From an uncultured delta proteobacterium (GTDB lineage: Bacteria; Myxococcota_A; Polyangia; Polyangiales; Polyangiaceae), in the NCBI GenBank assembly GCA_963806225.1, contig CAWDXG010000004.1, forward strand, positions 1,216,001 to 1,280,000: DNA of 64,000 nt. Reading direction: 5' to 3'. Positions within the stretch are counted from its first letter, which is position 1. Every line of letters begins with the position of its first letter. Below are positions 20,902 to 31,276 of this stretch, in pieces. Under the pieces are notes generated by a model. The model was not told the origin of the DNA. It made no database searches and saw nothing but the letters and a program-made list of their open reading frames with translations. Made by a program: the position numbers and the translations under genes.

Positions 20902-21869
20902 CGCACGCCCTGCAGGTCACCGAGATCGAGGCCGCCCGCGAGCGGCTGCTCGACGTGCAACGCCAGGTCACCAGGGTGTACATCGGGGAGTCCGCACCCG
21001 TGGACATGATGCTGGTCGCGCTGCTCGCGCGCGGGCACGTGCTGCTGGAGGGCGTACCGGGCATCGCGAAGACGACGCTGGTCAAGGCGTTCGCCACGAC
21101 GCTCGGCTGCTCGGTGCGCCGCGTCCAGTTCACACCGGACCTGCTACCCGCGGACATCACGGGCACCTATGTGCTGAGCCCGAAGGACGGCACGTTCTCG
21201 CTCCGGGCTGGACCGATCTTCGCCAACGTCGTGCTCGCCGACGAGATCAACCGCGCGCCCGCCAAGACCCAGTCGGCCCTGCTCGAAGCCATGCAGGAGC
21301 GCCAGGTCACGATCGAAGGCGACCGTTTCGAGCTGCCCGATCCGTTCTTCGTGCTCGCCACGCAGAATCCGATCGATCTGGAGGGCACCTACCCTCTGCC
21401 CGAAGCGCAGATCGACCGCTTCCTGGTGCGCGTCCGGATGGGCTACCCCGCGGCGCGCGACGAGGTAACGATGCTCCGCGCTCACGGCGTGGCCGCACCC
21501 GAACCGGAATCCGTACTCAGCGCCAGCGACGCGCTCCAGCTCCAATCGATCGCCGCGCGCGTCCACGTCGAGGACGACATCTACGAGTACGCGGTGAGCC
21601 TGGTGGGCTACACGCGCACCCACCCGCGCGTGGTGCTGGGCGCGTCGCCCCGCGCATCGCTGGGCCTGCTGCGGGCCGCGAAGGCAAGAGCAGTGCTCGA
21701 GGGACGCCCCTTCACCACGCCCGACGACGTGCGCCACGTGGCGGGTCCGGTGCTCGCGCACCGCTTGATCCTGGTGCCGGAGCTCGAGGATGACGCGCGG
21801 GCACGCAGCGCCGTGATCGACGAGGCGCTGAACAAAGTCGGCTACCGGCGGGCAGTCAGGCCCGTCTAG
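20898..21869 (+). CDS. MoxR-family AAA+ ATPase
   Basis: [73 protein letters not shown]. Confidence 0.93.
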   Translation: MTHALQVTEIEAARERLLDVQRQVTRVYIGESAPVDMMLVALLARGHVLLEGVPGIAKTTLVKAFATTLGCSVRRVQFTPDLLPADITGTYVLSPKDGTFSLRAGPIFANVVLADEINRAPAKTQSALLEAMQERQVTIEGDRFELPDPFFVLATQNPIDLEGTYPLPEAQIDRFLVRVRMGYPAARDEVTMLRAHGVAAPEPESVLSASDALQLQSIAARVHVEDDIYEYAVSLVGYTRTHPRVVLGASPRASLGLLRAAKARAVLEGRPFTTPDDVRHVAGPVLAHRLILVPELEDDARARSAVIDEALNKVGYRRAVRPV

Positions 21870-21946
21870 GGCGCGCAAGGCCGCGCCTTTACAGCAGAAT
21901 GTACTGGTTGACGCCCGCGGCGTGTGCGGACTGTACTCTCGGGACC

Positions 21947-22877
21947 ATGAAACGCCTCAGCGTGCTGCTCGCTGTCTGCCTCGGTGTGACCGGGGCGGCG
22001 GCATGTTCCAACCAGAAGCCCGAGCCCCAGGTCGCCTCCTCCGCGGGCATGGAGGGCTACGCTTCGCGATATCCGAACAAGCTCGCCTCGACGCGCGGCC
22101 AGTTCGACCAACAGGAGTCGAAGGCGCGCGAGCTCACCGGAGCCTTCGCGACCTACCCCGACCAGCTCGACAAGCCGAACTGGTCGGACGTGGCCACGGT
22201 GGTCGACAAGGCGGACAGCTCCGGGAGGAGCAGCGCCTACGTCCAGCGCGCCGAGGCCGACAAGAACGTCTCCGAGTTCTTCGACGACGAGAAGGCCGAG
22301 ATCGAGAAGAAGGTCGGCGGCGCGGCCAATTACGCCATCAAGAAGAAGGGCTGTGACGCCGACGCCTACGGCGCCACATCGCATGCGCTCGAGACCGCGG
22401 TCGACAAGCAACTCGAAAAGCGCATGCGCGAGCGCAACGAGGCGCAGGAGCTACATCGACGACCACGAGGACTCGATCGGCAAGAACAACGTCGACAAGC
22501 TGCAAAAGCAGGCCGACGACATCGCCTACGCCAGCTACCTGTCGAACATCGCCGTGATCCAGACCAAGGTCGACCTCGCGCGCATGGCGGCCGAGGCCTC
22601 GGACGTGAAGAGCACGCTGGAGCGCAGCATCAAGGACGAGCAGGCCGCGGCGAACGACGCGAACCGCTCGGACTCCGAGCGCAAGGCCGCCCAGGCGCGC
22701 CTGCAGGCCGACAAGGACGCGGAGGCACGCATCGACTCGGAGCTTTCGCAGGCCCAGACCGTGATGAAACAGGTCGACGATCGCGTCAAGAAGCTGAAGG
22801 CCGAGTACGACCAGGCGCTGAAGGATCTGAAAACCAAGATCCAGCAGAAACAACAGGCAGCGGGCAACAAGAGCTAG
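21947..22877 (+). CDS. Coiled-coil lipoprotein (frameshift near 22450)
   Basis: [20 protein letters not shown]. The helical K/E/Q/A-rich sequence continues in ORF 22353-22877. Confidence 0.7.
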
Positions 22878-22908
22878 CGTTCGCTCTGCTCGTCGCGGGA
22901 TCGCCGCC

Positions 22909-24699
22909 CTACTTGGTCAGGTCTGTCGTGGTGACGTTGGGCGGCGTCACCCCGGGCATCGGGAACGCCTGCCCGAACGTGAAGTACGCCGCACCGGGAA
23001 AGGTGCGGTAGCCGCGGGTGAGCGGGAAGCCCCAATCGGCGCGGAAGACGATGCGGTCGGCCTGGGGAAACAGCATCCGGATCCCCAGGCCGGCGTCCTG
23101 CTTGGGGCGAAGGTTCGAGAATCCGTCGAAGGCGTCACCCGTGTCATAGAACAGCACGCCGCCGAGCTGCGCCGAGAGCAGCTCCGCTGCGCGGGTGCGG
23201 AACTCGAGCGAGCCCGCCACCAGGTCCTGGCCGAGGAAGCTGTCGATCGGATAGCCCCTGAGACGCGTGTTGCCGCCCAGCGTGAAGCGCTGTCGCAGGT
23301 AGTTCTTCTCGTGGTCGGCCAGCACGGCGTCGTAGACCAGGCGCCCCGGGCCGAGGCTGGGCGAGACCACGCGGGTCTTGGCCTTGAACAGGGCGTCCGT
23401 ACCCCCGTGGGCTGCCAGCTCGACCTGCGACGAGCCGAGCACGCGCACGAGCCCGTCGCCGAGCGGAGCGGTATAGGAGGCCGAGAGATAGGTGCCGAGC
23501 AGGGTCCGCGAGGAACCGAGCGCTCGGCTGGCGGGATAGACGCGCGCCAGGATGTCGTGACCGAGGCTGTAGTCCTCCTCGAGGCCCAGCGTGTTGAAGT
23601 CGTGGACGCGCAGGAAACGCGAAGTGTGGGCGTGGAGCTGGACGTACGGGCTGATGCGCGTATCGCTCACGGGAACCTGCGTCCCGGTGAATTCGCGCGC
23701 CGCACGCGGGTCGAACCTCGACAGATCCGTGGCGTGGAATCGCCGGCGGTACGCTTCCATTCCGACCGACAGATCCTGCTTCAGTCCGTGCCCGAACGAC
23801 CGGGTCAGCTCGTAGTCCCCGTACCAGAGATCACTCTTGTACTCGTACGGGATCGCGTCGTCGGCCGGAGTGGCCGCTGCGTCGTAGGTGCGCTCGTTTC
23901 CTCCAACGAACAGCCGCGTGACCTCGGTGCGCCACAGGATGGTGGTGTCCCAGGCCCACTTGGCCTCCAGCGAATAGAGCGGCTGACCGTAGTAGAAGCT
24001 GCCGAACGACCCTTCGGGTCGACCGGTGTCGCGATTGACGATGACGTTGCCGCCGAAAGAGCCCTCGATGCGGCTGCCGGCGATTCGCGGGTCGTCGAAC
24101 GCCCCGCCCAGCGAGAACGTATCCGGCTTGAGCACGAACAGGCCGCTGACGGAATTGTGCGTTCCGAACCAGTTGATCTCGCTCGGCTGCAGCACGAGGT
24201 AGTCGAGCGTCCCGTTCGAGACGCCGAAGTCCGTGTTCAGCCGGAGGCTCCACACGTCCTTGGTGATCACCACGACGCGCACACGGTCCGGCCGGCTGCC
24301 GGCCACGGGAACGATCAGCACTAGTGACAACTGCCGGAGATCACGCAGGTTGCGGGCCGACTCCTCGACGCGGTCCCGGTCATAGGGCTGGCCCGTATCG
24401 AACAGGAGCTCGCGGCGGACAACCCGCTTCCGCGTCGTGACGTGGAAGACGTTGAAGAAGTCCGGCACCGGGTCGGTCTCGTCGAACACGCCGAGCGGCA
24501 CCACGTCGATGCGTTCGATGATCTTGCCTTCCGGGTGCGGGTCGATGCGCCCGTGGTCGCGCGCCAAGACGCGGTGGATCGCCTCGCGCTCGTAGGCGGA
24601 GTATTTCGACCCGGCCGCGCGCGCCGGAGCCGACGCCAGCACGACCGTGATGGCAGCCAGTCCGAGGGAGCTGCTGGTTCTGCGGCGGCCGGACAGCAT
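22909..24699 (-). CDS. Omp85/BamA-TamA family outer-membrane protein
   Basis: POTRA-like VVRRELLF..G...ESARNLR, barrel motif LGGNTRLRGY, and DAGLGIRMLFP...RADWGFP. Confidence 0.85.
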   Translation of the reverse strand: MLSGRRRTSSSLGLAAITVVLASAPARAAGSKYSAYEREAIHRVLARDHGRIDPHPEGKIIERIDVVPLGVFDETDPVPDFFNVFHVTTRKRVVRRELLFDTGQPYDRDRVEESARNLRDLRQLSLVLIVPVAGSRPDRVRVVVITKDVWSLRLNTDFGVSNGTLDYLVLQPSEINWFGTHNSVSGLFVLKPDTFSLGGAFDDPRIAGSRIEGSFGGNVIVNRDTGRPEGSFGSFYYGQPLYSLEAKWAWDTTILWRTEVTRLFVGGNERTYDAAATPADDAIPYEYKSDLWYGDYELTRSFGHGLKQDLSVGMEAYRRRFHATDLSRFDPRAAREFTGTQVPVSDTRISPYVQLHAHTSRFLRVHDFNTLGLEEDYSLGHDILARVYPASRALGSSRTLLGTYLSASYTAPLGDGLVRVLGSSQVELAAHGGTDALFKAKTRVVSPSLGPGRLVYDAVLADHEKNYLRQRFTLGGNTRLRGYPIDSFLGQDLVAGSLEFRTRAAELLSAQLGGVLFYDTGDAFDGFSNLRPKQDAGLGIRMLFPQADRIVFRADWGFPLTRGYRTFPGAAYFTFGQAFPMPGVTPPNVTTTDLTK

Positions 24700-24813
24700 G
24701 GAACCGGAAAAAGAGAGGACGCCCCGTGAATAGCAGGTCCGGCCGGCCAGATGGAGTGCGGGCGCTGGAAGCTGTGCCATCCCGAGCCCGCTGGCGGACA
24801 ATTCCGGTGCAGC

Positions 24814-25404
24814 ATGCCTTCATCCCGCGTCGCGACCTGGCTGGCTCTCCTCGCCGGCGCCCTGATCGGCGGCGCGGCCGCCGTGGTCGTCTCTTCGCGG
24901 TCCCGGCCGCCACCTCCGCCTCCGGCGGTGACCGAGCCGGCGCCGGTCTCCACGCCAAGCGCAGCGCCCGAGCGGCGGGCCGTCGCAGAAGCCGCGCCCG
25001 CTGACGCCGCCCCGGAGTCGGCGCCGACGGGCCCGGTGACCGCCTACGCGCCGTCCCTGCCAAACCGGCCGGGCGCCTTGAAGACCGCCTCGCTGCACTG
25101 CGCGTGGGGCCAGATCGAGGCCTGCCTGCAGACCGCAGCCGCCTTCCGCGACGGCCGGGGCACAGACGCCGACCCGGGCGAGGCCAGGCTCTACGAGCAC
25201 CGCGCCCGCGAGCTTGCGATCGAACTGTGCGAAGAGGGCCATGCCGAGGCCTGCTATGCCATGGCGTACATGTACGAACACGGCGTCGGCGTCGCCCGGA
25301 AACCGGAAAAGGTCGCGGGCCTGATCGCGCGGGTGAGGATGCTCTGCCACATCAATGCAGTGCCAATCTGCAGGCGTGTGGTCCAGGACGCGGATGGGGG
25401 CTGA
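24814..25404 (+). CDS. Sel1-like repeat membrane protein
   Basis: N-terminal TM, Pro-rich linker, and Sel1-like repeats ACLQTAAAFRDGRG and ACYAMAYMYEHGVG. Confidence 0.7.
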   Translation: MPSSRVATWLALLAGALIGGAAAVVVSSRSRPPPPPPAVTEPAPVSTPSAAPERRAVAEAAPADAAPESAPTGPVTAYAPSLPNRPGALKTASLHCAWGQIEACLQTAAAFRDGRGTDADPGEARLYEHRARELAIELCEEGHAEACYAMAYMYEHGVGVARKPEKVAGLIARVRMLCHINAVPICRRVVQDADGG

Positions 25405-25459
25405 CGCGCCGGGCGGGCACGGCTACTCGCGGCACCCCGCGTGAGCTACGCTCGCGCCG

Positions 25460-27055
25460 ATGCAGGTCCACCCCACCCGCGCCGCGGTCGATCTGGCGCT
25501 CGCCGGCATCGGCACGGTCGTGGTCGGTGTGGTCGCGCGCGAAGCGGCGATCGTCGCCTGGGGCGGCGCGCTGCTCGTCGGCCTCGCGATCGCGCGTTCG
25601 GTCACGGAGCTCAGCGTGGCGCGCATCCGCGCGGCTGGGTTCGAGATGCTGTGGACCACCGAGCCGCGCCAGCGCCGTGTGGCGCGCGGCGAGACGATCG
25701 AGCTTGAAGCCGAAGTGCGCAACCGCGATACCCGCGCCGCGCGCTACGTCCAGCTGCGTGCGATCGCCGCGCCGGAGCTCCAGGTACGCCTTGACCCGCC
25801 GGACGGCGAGGTCCCCGCCGCAGGACGGCTGCGCGTCAAGGTAGAGATTTCCGCGCCGCGCGTCGGCCGCTACGGGCTGCACGGCTTGTCGCTCGAGGTG
25901 CAGGGCAATCCCGGCCTGTTCGAGGTCCCGCTCACCTTCGCCAACCCGTTCGGCCTGGAGGTGATGCCGCGCCCCTACGCGGTCGCGATGCGCTCGGCGC
26001 GCGGCGGGCGCAGCCGCATGACCGCCGAGGCCGGACGCCCCGGGCTCTTGTCGGGCGACGGAAACGAGCTCCGCGAGCTCCGCGAGCACCAGCCCGGCGA
26101 TCCGTTCAAGCGCATCGCGTGGAAGGCGTCAGCGCGCCGCGGCGTGCTTCTGGTGCGCGACTACGAGCAGGAAGAGCGCGAGGTCGTGTGGCTCGTGCTC
26201 GATGCCTCGGTCGAGCTCTGGTCGGGCACTCCCGGCAAGGCGCCTCTCGACATCGCCATCGACGAGGTCTCGGCAGCGGCCGAGCGTCATCTCGCCCGCG
26301 GCGATCGCGTCGGGCTGGCGGTGGTCGCGTCGCGCGTGCTCGCCTGGCTGCCACCCGATCGCGGCCCCGCGCACGGCATCCACGTCATGAGCGCACTAGC
26401 GCACGCCGCTTCCACGCTGGACTCGGATCGCAGCGAGCTCGACGAAGCGGACGTGGCGGTGCGAGTGCTCGAGCACATGCGCCCCCTCGACCCAGCCGCT
26501 GTACGCAACGTGCACAGCCACGATCTGGATCGTATCGCCCGCCGGGCGGATCGCCTGCGCGCGCGTGCGCCCTTCGACGCGCCCGAGCCCTTCGCCGGCA
26601 GCGCGCGCGAGCGCGGCCTGCGCCGTTACCTCGCGGCGTTCGGCATCGGGTCCGCGCCGCGCCTGGAACCGGAGCGGCCGCGCACCGACCGCGAGTTGGC
26701 AGAGCTGTTCGAACGCTTGCAGAAGGAACGCCCTCGGCCCAGCGTCATCTACGTCTGGTCACCCGCGCCCGACCCGGCGGCGCGCCCGGCGGTCGAGCGT
26801 GCGCTCGCGCGCTTTCCCCGGCGCCGCATCGAGCTGTGCTGGGTCAGCATGAGCCACGTGCTCGGCATCCCGCGCGAAGGCTCACCCTTGATGCCCGCAG
26901 TCGCCGACGCCGTCGGACTGCGCGCGCAGGTGGCCCAGGAGCGCGGCGAGCGCGCGCTGCGCCACCTCGGCGTGCGCGTCCAGCGCTGGCGTCCCCGTCG
27001 CGTCGGTCCGCGCGTGGAAGCGGAACCCGGCAGCGGGCGGCCGCCAGCGGCATGA
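25460..27055 (+). CDS. DUF58 domain protein (MoxR partner)
   Basis: Two N-terminal TMs, ELRELREHQPGDPFKRIAWKASAR, VWLVLDAS. Confidence 0.88.
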   Translation: MQVHPTRAAVDLALAGIGTVVVGVVAREAAIVAWGGALLVGLAIARSVTELSVARIRAAGFEMLWTTEPRQRRVARGETIELEAEVRNRDTRAARYVQLRAIAAPELQVRLDPPDGEVPAAGRLRVKVEISAPRVGRYGLHGLSLEVQGNPGLFEVPLTFANPFGLEVMPRPYAVAMRSARGGRSRMTAEAGRPGLLSGDGNELRELREHQPGDPFKRIAWKASARRGVLLVRDYEQEEREVVWLVLDASVELWSGTPGKAPLDIAIDEVSAAAERHLARGDRVGLAVVASRVLAWLPPDRGPAHGIHVMSALAHAASTLDSDRSELDEADVAVRVLEHMRPLDPAAVRNVHSHDLDRIARRADRLRARAPFDAPEPFAGSARERGLRRYLAAFGIGSAPRLEPERPRTDRELAELFERLQKERPRPSVIYVWSPAPDPAARPAVERALARFPRRRIELCWVSMSHVLGIPREGSPLMPAVADAVGLRAQVAQERGERALRHLGVRVQRWRPRRVGPRVEAEPGSGRPPAA

Positions 27056-27111
27056 CGCCGCGCAGGGGCTGCTATGCCCGGTTTGCCGTGCGGTAGTAGA
27101 ATCCCGGGGCG

Positions 27112-28062
27112 ATGCAGGCGTGCAAGCAGCCGGAATCGATCGAGATCGAGATCGACTCGCGCTGCAACCTGCGCTGTTCGATGTGCGCCGTGTCGAACAC
27201 GCTCTCCGGACGACCGCAGAAAAGCCTCGCGCCCGCCGCGCTCGACGCGATGCTCGAGCACCATTTCCCGGACGTGGAGCGGCTCACGTTCATCGGCTAC
27301 TCCGAACCGCTGCTCCACCCTGGGCTGCTCGAGCTGGTGCGCGTGGCCCGGGCGCGCGGGCGGCAGGTGACGCTGGCGACCAACGGATTGCTGCTCGGAC
27401 CCGCGCTCGCCCGCGAGCTGCTCGCCTCTGGCGTCGACGAGTTCGCGATCTCGTTCGACACCACCGATCCGTCGCTGTTCCGGCGCATCCGCGGCGTCGC
27501 GAGGCACGCGGTCGTCGTGGACAACGTGAGGTCGCTACGCCGCGCCATCGATGACAGCGGCCTGCAAGCCGGGCTGGAGCTGCGCGCGGTGCTCGGTGCC
27601 GAAAACCTCGGCGAGACCGAAGCGCTGATCCGCTTCGCCGCGAACGAACGCGCCGGCATCATCACGTTCGTCCGCGAGATGCCGCTCGGTCGCACCCTGG
27701 AAAGTCTGTACGAGGCCTACGCTGGCGTCGACTGGCCACGGCTGGCCGCCCTGGCCGTCGACCTCGGCCTCAGGATCCATTTCTCGAGCCCGGATCCGCT
27801 CGCGGTACGGCGCTGCGAGTGGGCGACGCGCTCGACCTACGTGACGGTCGAAGGCGAGGTCGCGCCCTGCCAGATCGCGGCGCTCGATCCGGAGTACCGC
27901 TTCGGCAACCTCGAAAACCAGCGCTTCGGCGAAATCCACGCCGGGCCCGGCTACAGCGCGTTCCGCGCCGGCGTCGCGCGCGGCGACATTCCGCCGCCGT
28001 GCCGCGGCTGCGCCTGCGTGTTCGATATGGCCGAAGGCAGCGCGTCCGGCGCCCGCGCGTAG
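27112..28062 (+). CDS. Radical SAM protein with SPASM/twitch domain
   Basis: CNLRCSMC, YSEPLLHP, TNGLLL, C-terminal C..GEVAPC..FGNL..CRGC. Confidence 0.88.
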   Translation: MQACKQPESIEIEIDSRCNLRCSMCAVSNTLSGRPQKSLAPAALDAMLEHHFPDVERLTFIGYSEPLLHPGLLELVRVARARGRQVTLATNGLLLGPALARELLASGVDEFAISFDTTDPSLFRRIRGVARHAVVVDNVRSLRRAIDDSGLQAGLELRAVLGAENLGETEALIRFAANERAGIITFVREMPLGRTLESLYEAYAGVDWPRLAALAVDLGLRIHFSSPDPLAVRRCEWATRSTYVTVEGEVAPCQIAALDPEYRFGNLENQRFGEIHAGPGYSAFRAGVARGDIPPPCRGCACVFDMAEGSASGARA

Positions 28063-28164
28063 GCCGCGCACGCGACCTGTTCGAGGCTGGGCGACTGGAG
28101 CGGCGCGCGCGGGCAGGACGGCTCGCCGCTCGACAACCTCCCCGTCCCGGCCTACTGCACAAGC

Positions 28165-29079
28165 ATGGACGCCGAGGGATGGGAGGCGCAGGGAACGTAC
28201 CACTCGATCCGTGGACGGCGGGTTTTCGCGGTGGACAGCGGGGGCGAGCGGCCTTGCATGGTGGTCCTGCACGGCTATCCAACGTCTTCGTACGATTTCC
28301 ACCAGGTGCTCCCGCGGCTCGCGACCCGCTACCGCGTGATCGTGCATGACCATCTCGGCTTCGGACTGTCGGACAAGCCGCGCGACTACTCGTACTCGCT
28401 GCACGAGCAGGCGGATGTGGCGCTAGCGTTGTGGCAGGAGCTCGGGGTCGACTCGGCGCATCTGGTGGCCCACGACTACGGCACCAGCGTGGCCACCGAG
28501 CTCCTCGCCCGCTACGAGCTCGGCTGCCGCCCGGTGGAGCTCCGCTCGCTCACGCTGTGCAACGGCAGCGTTCACATCGAGCTGGCGCATCTCCGGGTGA
28601 TCCAGAAGCTGCTTTTGAGCGAAACGCTCGGCCCGCTGGTAGCGCGGCTCGGCAGCCAGCGCGTGTTCTCGTACAACATGAAAAAGCTCTGGGGCGCTCC
28701 GGCGCTGGTGTCGCGCGACGAGCTCGACGCGATGTGGGAGCTGCTGTCGCGCGATGACGGCAGGCTGCGCCTGCCGCAGATCACGCAGTACCTGCGCGAG
28801 CGCCGGCAGTTCTGGCACCGCTGGATCGGCGCGCTGGAAGAGTGCCCGCTGCCCGCGAACATCCTGTGGGGCACGGCGGATCCCGTCGCCGGACGCGACA
28901 TGGCCGAGCTGCACCACACCGAGATCCCCCAGAGCCGATTGGCGCTGCTGGAAGGCGTCGGGCACTACCCGATGCTCGAAGCGCCCGAGCGCTGGTCGGA
29001 CGCGCTGCTCGACCTTCTGGAGCTCGGCGCGGACACGACCACGCCGGGAGCGGAGCCGGCAGAACCGCCCATCGCGTGA
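28165..29079 (+). CDS. Alpha/beta hydrolase (epoxide hydrolase/MEST-like)
   Basis: LHGYPTSS, GFGLSDKP, AHDYG nucleophile elbow, GHYPMLEAP. Confidence 0.9.
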   Translation: MDAEGWEAQGTYHSIRGRRVFAVDSGGERPCMVVLHGYPTSSYDFHQVLPRLATRYRVIVHDHLGFGLSDKPRDYSYSLHEQADVALALWQELGVDSAHLVAHDYGTSVATELLARYELGCRPVELRSLTLCNGSVHIELAHLRVIQKLLLSETLGPLVARLGSQRVFSYNMKKLWGAPALVSRDELDAMWELLSRDDGRLRLPQITQYLRERRQFWHRWIGALEECPLPANILWGTADPVAGRDMAELHHTEIPQSRLALLEGVGHYPMLEAPERWSDALLDLLELGADTTTPGAEPAEPPIA

Positions 29080-29158
29080 CGGAGTGCCCCGGCCGCCGTT
29101 CGACCCGGGGCTCGCTCTCCGTTTGACGCCCGCGCCGGGCTCTGGCTACAGACGCTGC

Positions 29159-31109
29159 ATGGTTGTGCAAGCGTACGGCACCTGGAAGGCAGCGATCGAT
29201 GCGGGGACGGTGGCGCGCGCTCCGAGCCCGCGCTTCGGCGCGCTCGACGTGCGCGGCGGCGCAGTGCGCTTCACCGAGTCGCGCGCTTCGGAGGGCGGGC
29301 GCACGACCGTCGTCGAGTGGCGGGACGGCGCTCTCTCGGACCTGATCCCCTCCGGCTTCAACGCGCGCACCCGCGTGCACGAGTACGGCGGAGGCGCGGT
29401 CTTCTATCACGGCGATGTGGTGTTCTTCTCCGCGTTCGCCGGCGGGCAGCTCTACCGCCTGGAGCGGCCCGGCGCCGATCCGATCGCCATCACGCCGGAG
29501 CCTCCAGAGCCGAACTCGCTCCGCTACGCCGACGGAACCGTCTCACCCGACGGTCACACGATCGTGTGCGTGCGCGAGCGGCACGAAGGCGGAGGGGTGA
29601 CGAACGAGCTGGTCGCTTTCCCCTGCAACGGTTCGGCGGCGCCGCGCGTCGTCGCCTCGGGGCACGACTTCTTCGCCGCGCCGCGCTTCGATCCGTCGGG
29701 CAAACGCCTCTCGTGGCTCAGCTGGGACCACCCGCGCATGCCGTGGGACGGCACCGAGCTGTGGCTCGCCGACGTGGCGCCGGAGGGCGCGCTGTCCGGC
29801 GCGCAGCGCGTCACCGGTGGTCCCGAGGAGTCGATCATCGAGCCACGCTGGTCGCCCGACGGGGTGCTGCACTTCGGCTCCGATCGCGACGGTTTCTGGA
29901 ACCTGTACCGGCTCGATTCGGACGACTGCGAGCGGTCGCTCACAGCGCTCGTGGGCGGCGAGGTCGGCTCTCCGGCGTGGGTCTTCGACACGCGCCGCTA
30001 CGCGTTCCTCGGCGACGGCCGCATCGCCTGCGTCGTGACGCGCGCGGCGACGGACTCGCTCGAGCTCCTCGACCCACAGAGCGGGAAGCTCGAGCCGACC
30101 GGTCTCCGCTACACGTCGTACGCTCCAACGGCGCTCGCCGCGGGCGGCGGCCAGATCGCATTCGCCGCCGCGTCGCCGACCGATCCACCGGCGATCGTGC
30201 TGTTCGATCCAGATAGCGGGCGCGAGCAGCGCGTGCGGAGCACGTTCGACGCTCCCGATGCGACGAGCGTGTCCGTGCCGCGCGCGATCGAGTTTTCCAC
30301 GCGAGACGGCGCGGTCGCGCACGCGTTCTTCTATCCGCCCAGGAATGCCGCGTTCGAGGGGCCGGCGGACGAGCGGCCGCCGCTGCGCGTGATCTGCCAC
30401 GGCGGGCCCACCGGGCACACCTCGCCGCGCTTCTCGCCGGAGGTGCAGTACTACACCGAGCGGGGCATCGGCGTGGTGGACGTGAACTACCGCGGTAGCT
30501 CGGGCTACGGGCGCGCCTACCGCCGCCTGCTCGACGGGCGCTGGGGCGAGATCGACTGGCAGGACTGCGTCTCGGCGGCAGAGCACCTGGCCGCGGAGGG
30601 GCTCGCCGATCCGGCGCGCACCTGGGTGGAGGGCGGCAGCGCCGGCGGCTACGTCGTCTTGTGCGCGCTGGTGTTCGACCCAACGGCGTTTGCAGCGGGC
30701 GTGAGCCTATTCGGCGTGGCCGATGCCGAGGCACTGGCGCGCGACACGCACAAGTTCGAGTCACGCTACCTCGACACGATGATCGGCCCCTACCCCGCGC
30801 GCGCCGACCTGTACCGCGAGCGCTCGCCCGTGCACTTCGCCGACCGGCTGGAGCGGCCGCTGCTGCTTCTGCAGGGGCTCGACGACAAGGTGGTGCCGCC
30901 GAGCCAGGCCGAGATGATGGTCGAGGTGCTGGACGAAAAGCGCATCCCGCACGCCTATCTGGCCTTCGAGGGCGAGGGGCATGGATTCCGCAAGGAGCAG
31001 AACATCCGCCGCACGCTGGAGGCGACGCTGGTGTTCATCGGCCGGGTCTTCGGCTTCTCGCCCGCCGGCGAGCTCGCGCCACTCGAGAATCGCGCATCTC
31101 GAGGGCTGA
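29159..31109 (+). CDS. S9 family peptidase (acylaminoacyl/dipeptidyl peptidase); an extra base near 31088 hides the stop
   Basis: HGGPT, NYRGSSGYG, GGSAGG, D-KVV, GEGHGF. The plausible end LEIAHLEG* (TGA 31107-31109) is in a shifted frame. Confidence 0.88.
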
Positions 31110-31276
31110 GGCCGGAGGCGCGGATACGGCACCTGCGTGGCGTTGTCGGTCCTGCTGACGGTCGTCAACTCCAGGCCGTGTCTCGAACTGCGCCGGCGCC
31201 CCGGGGCGTCGGCTGCGCCGAACGACAACGGCATCGCTCATGTCGGTGGACACGCGGCTCTAGTATCATGGCGGGC

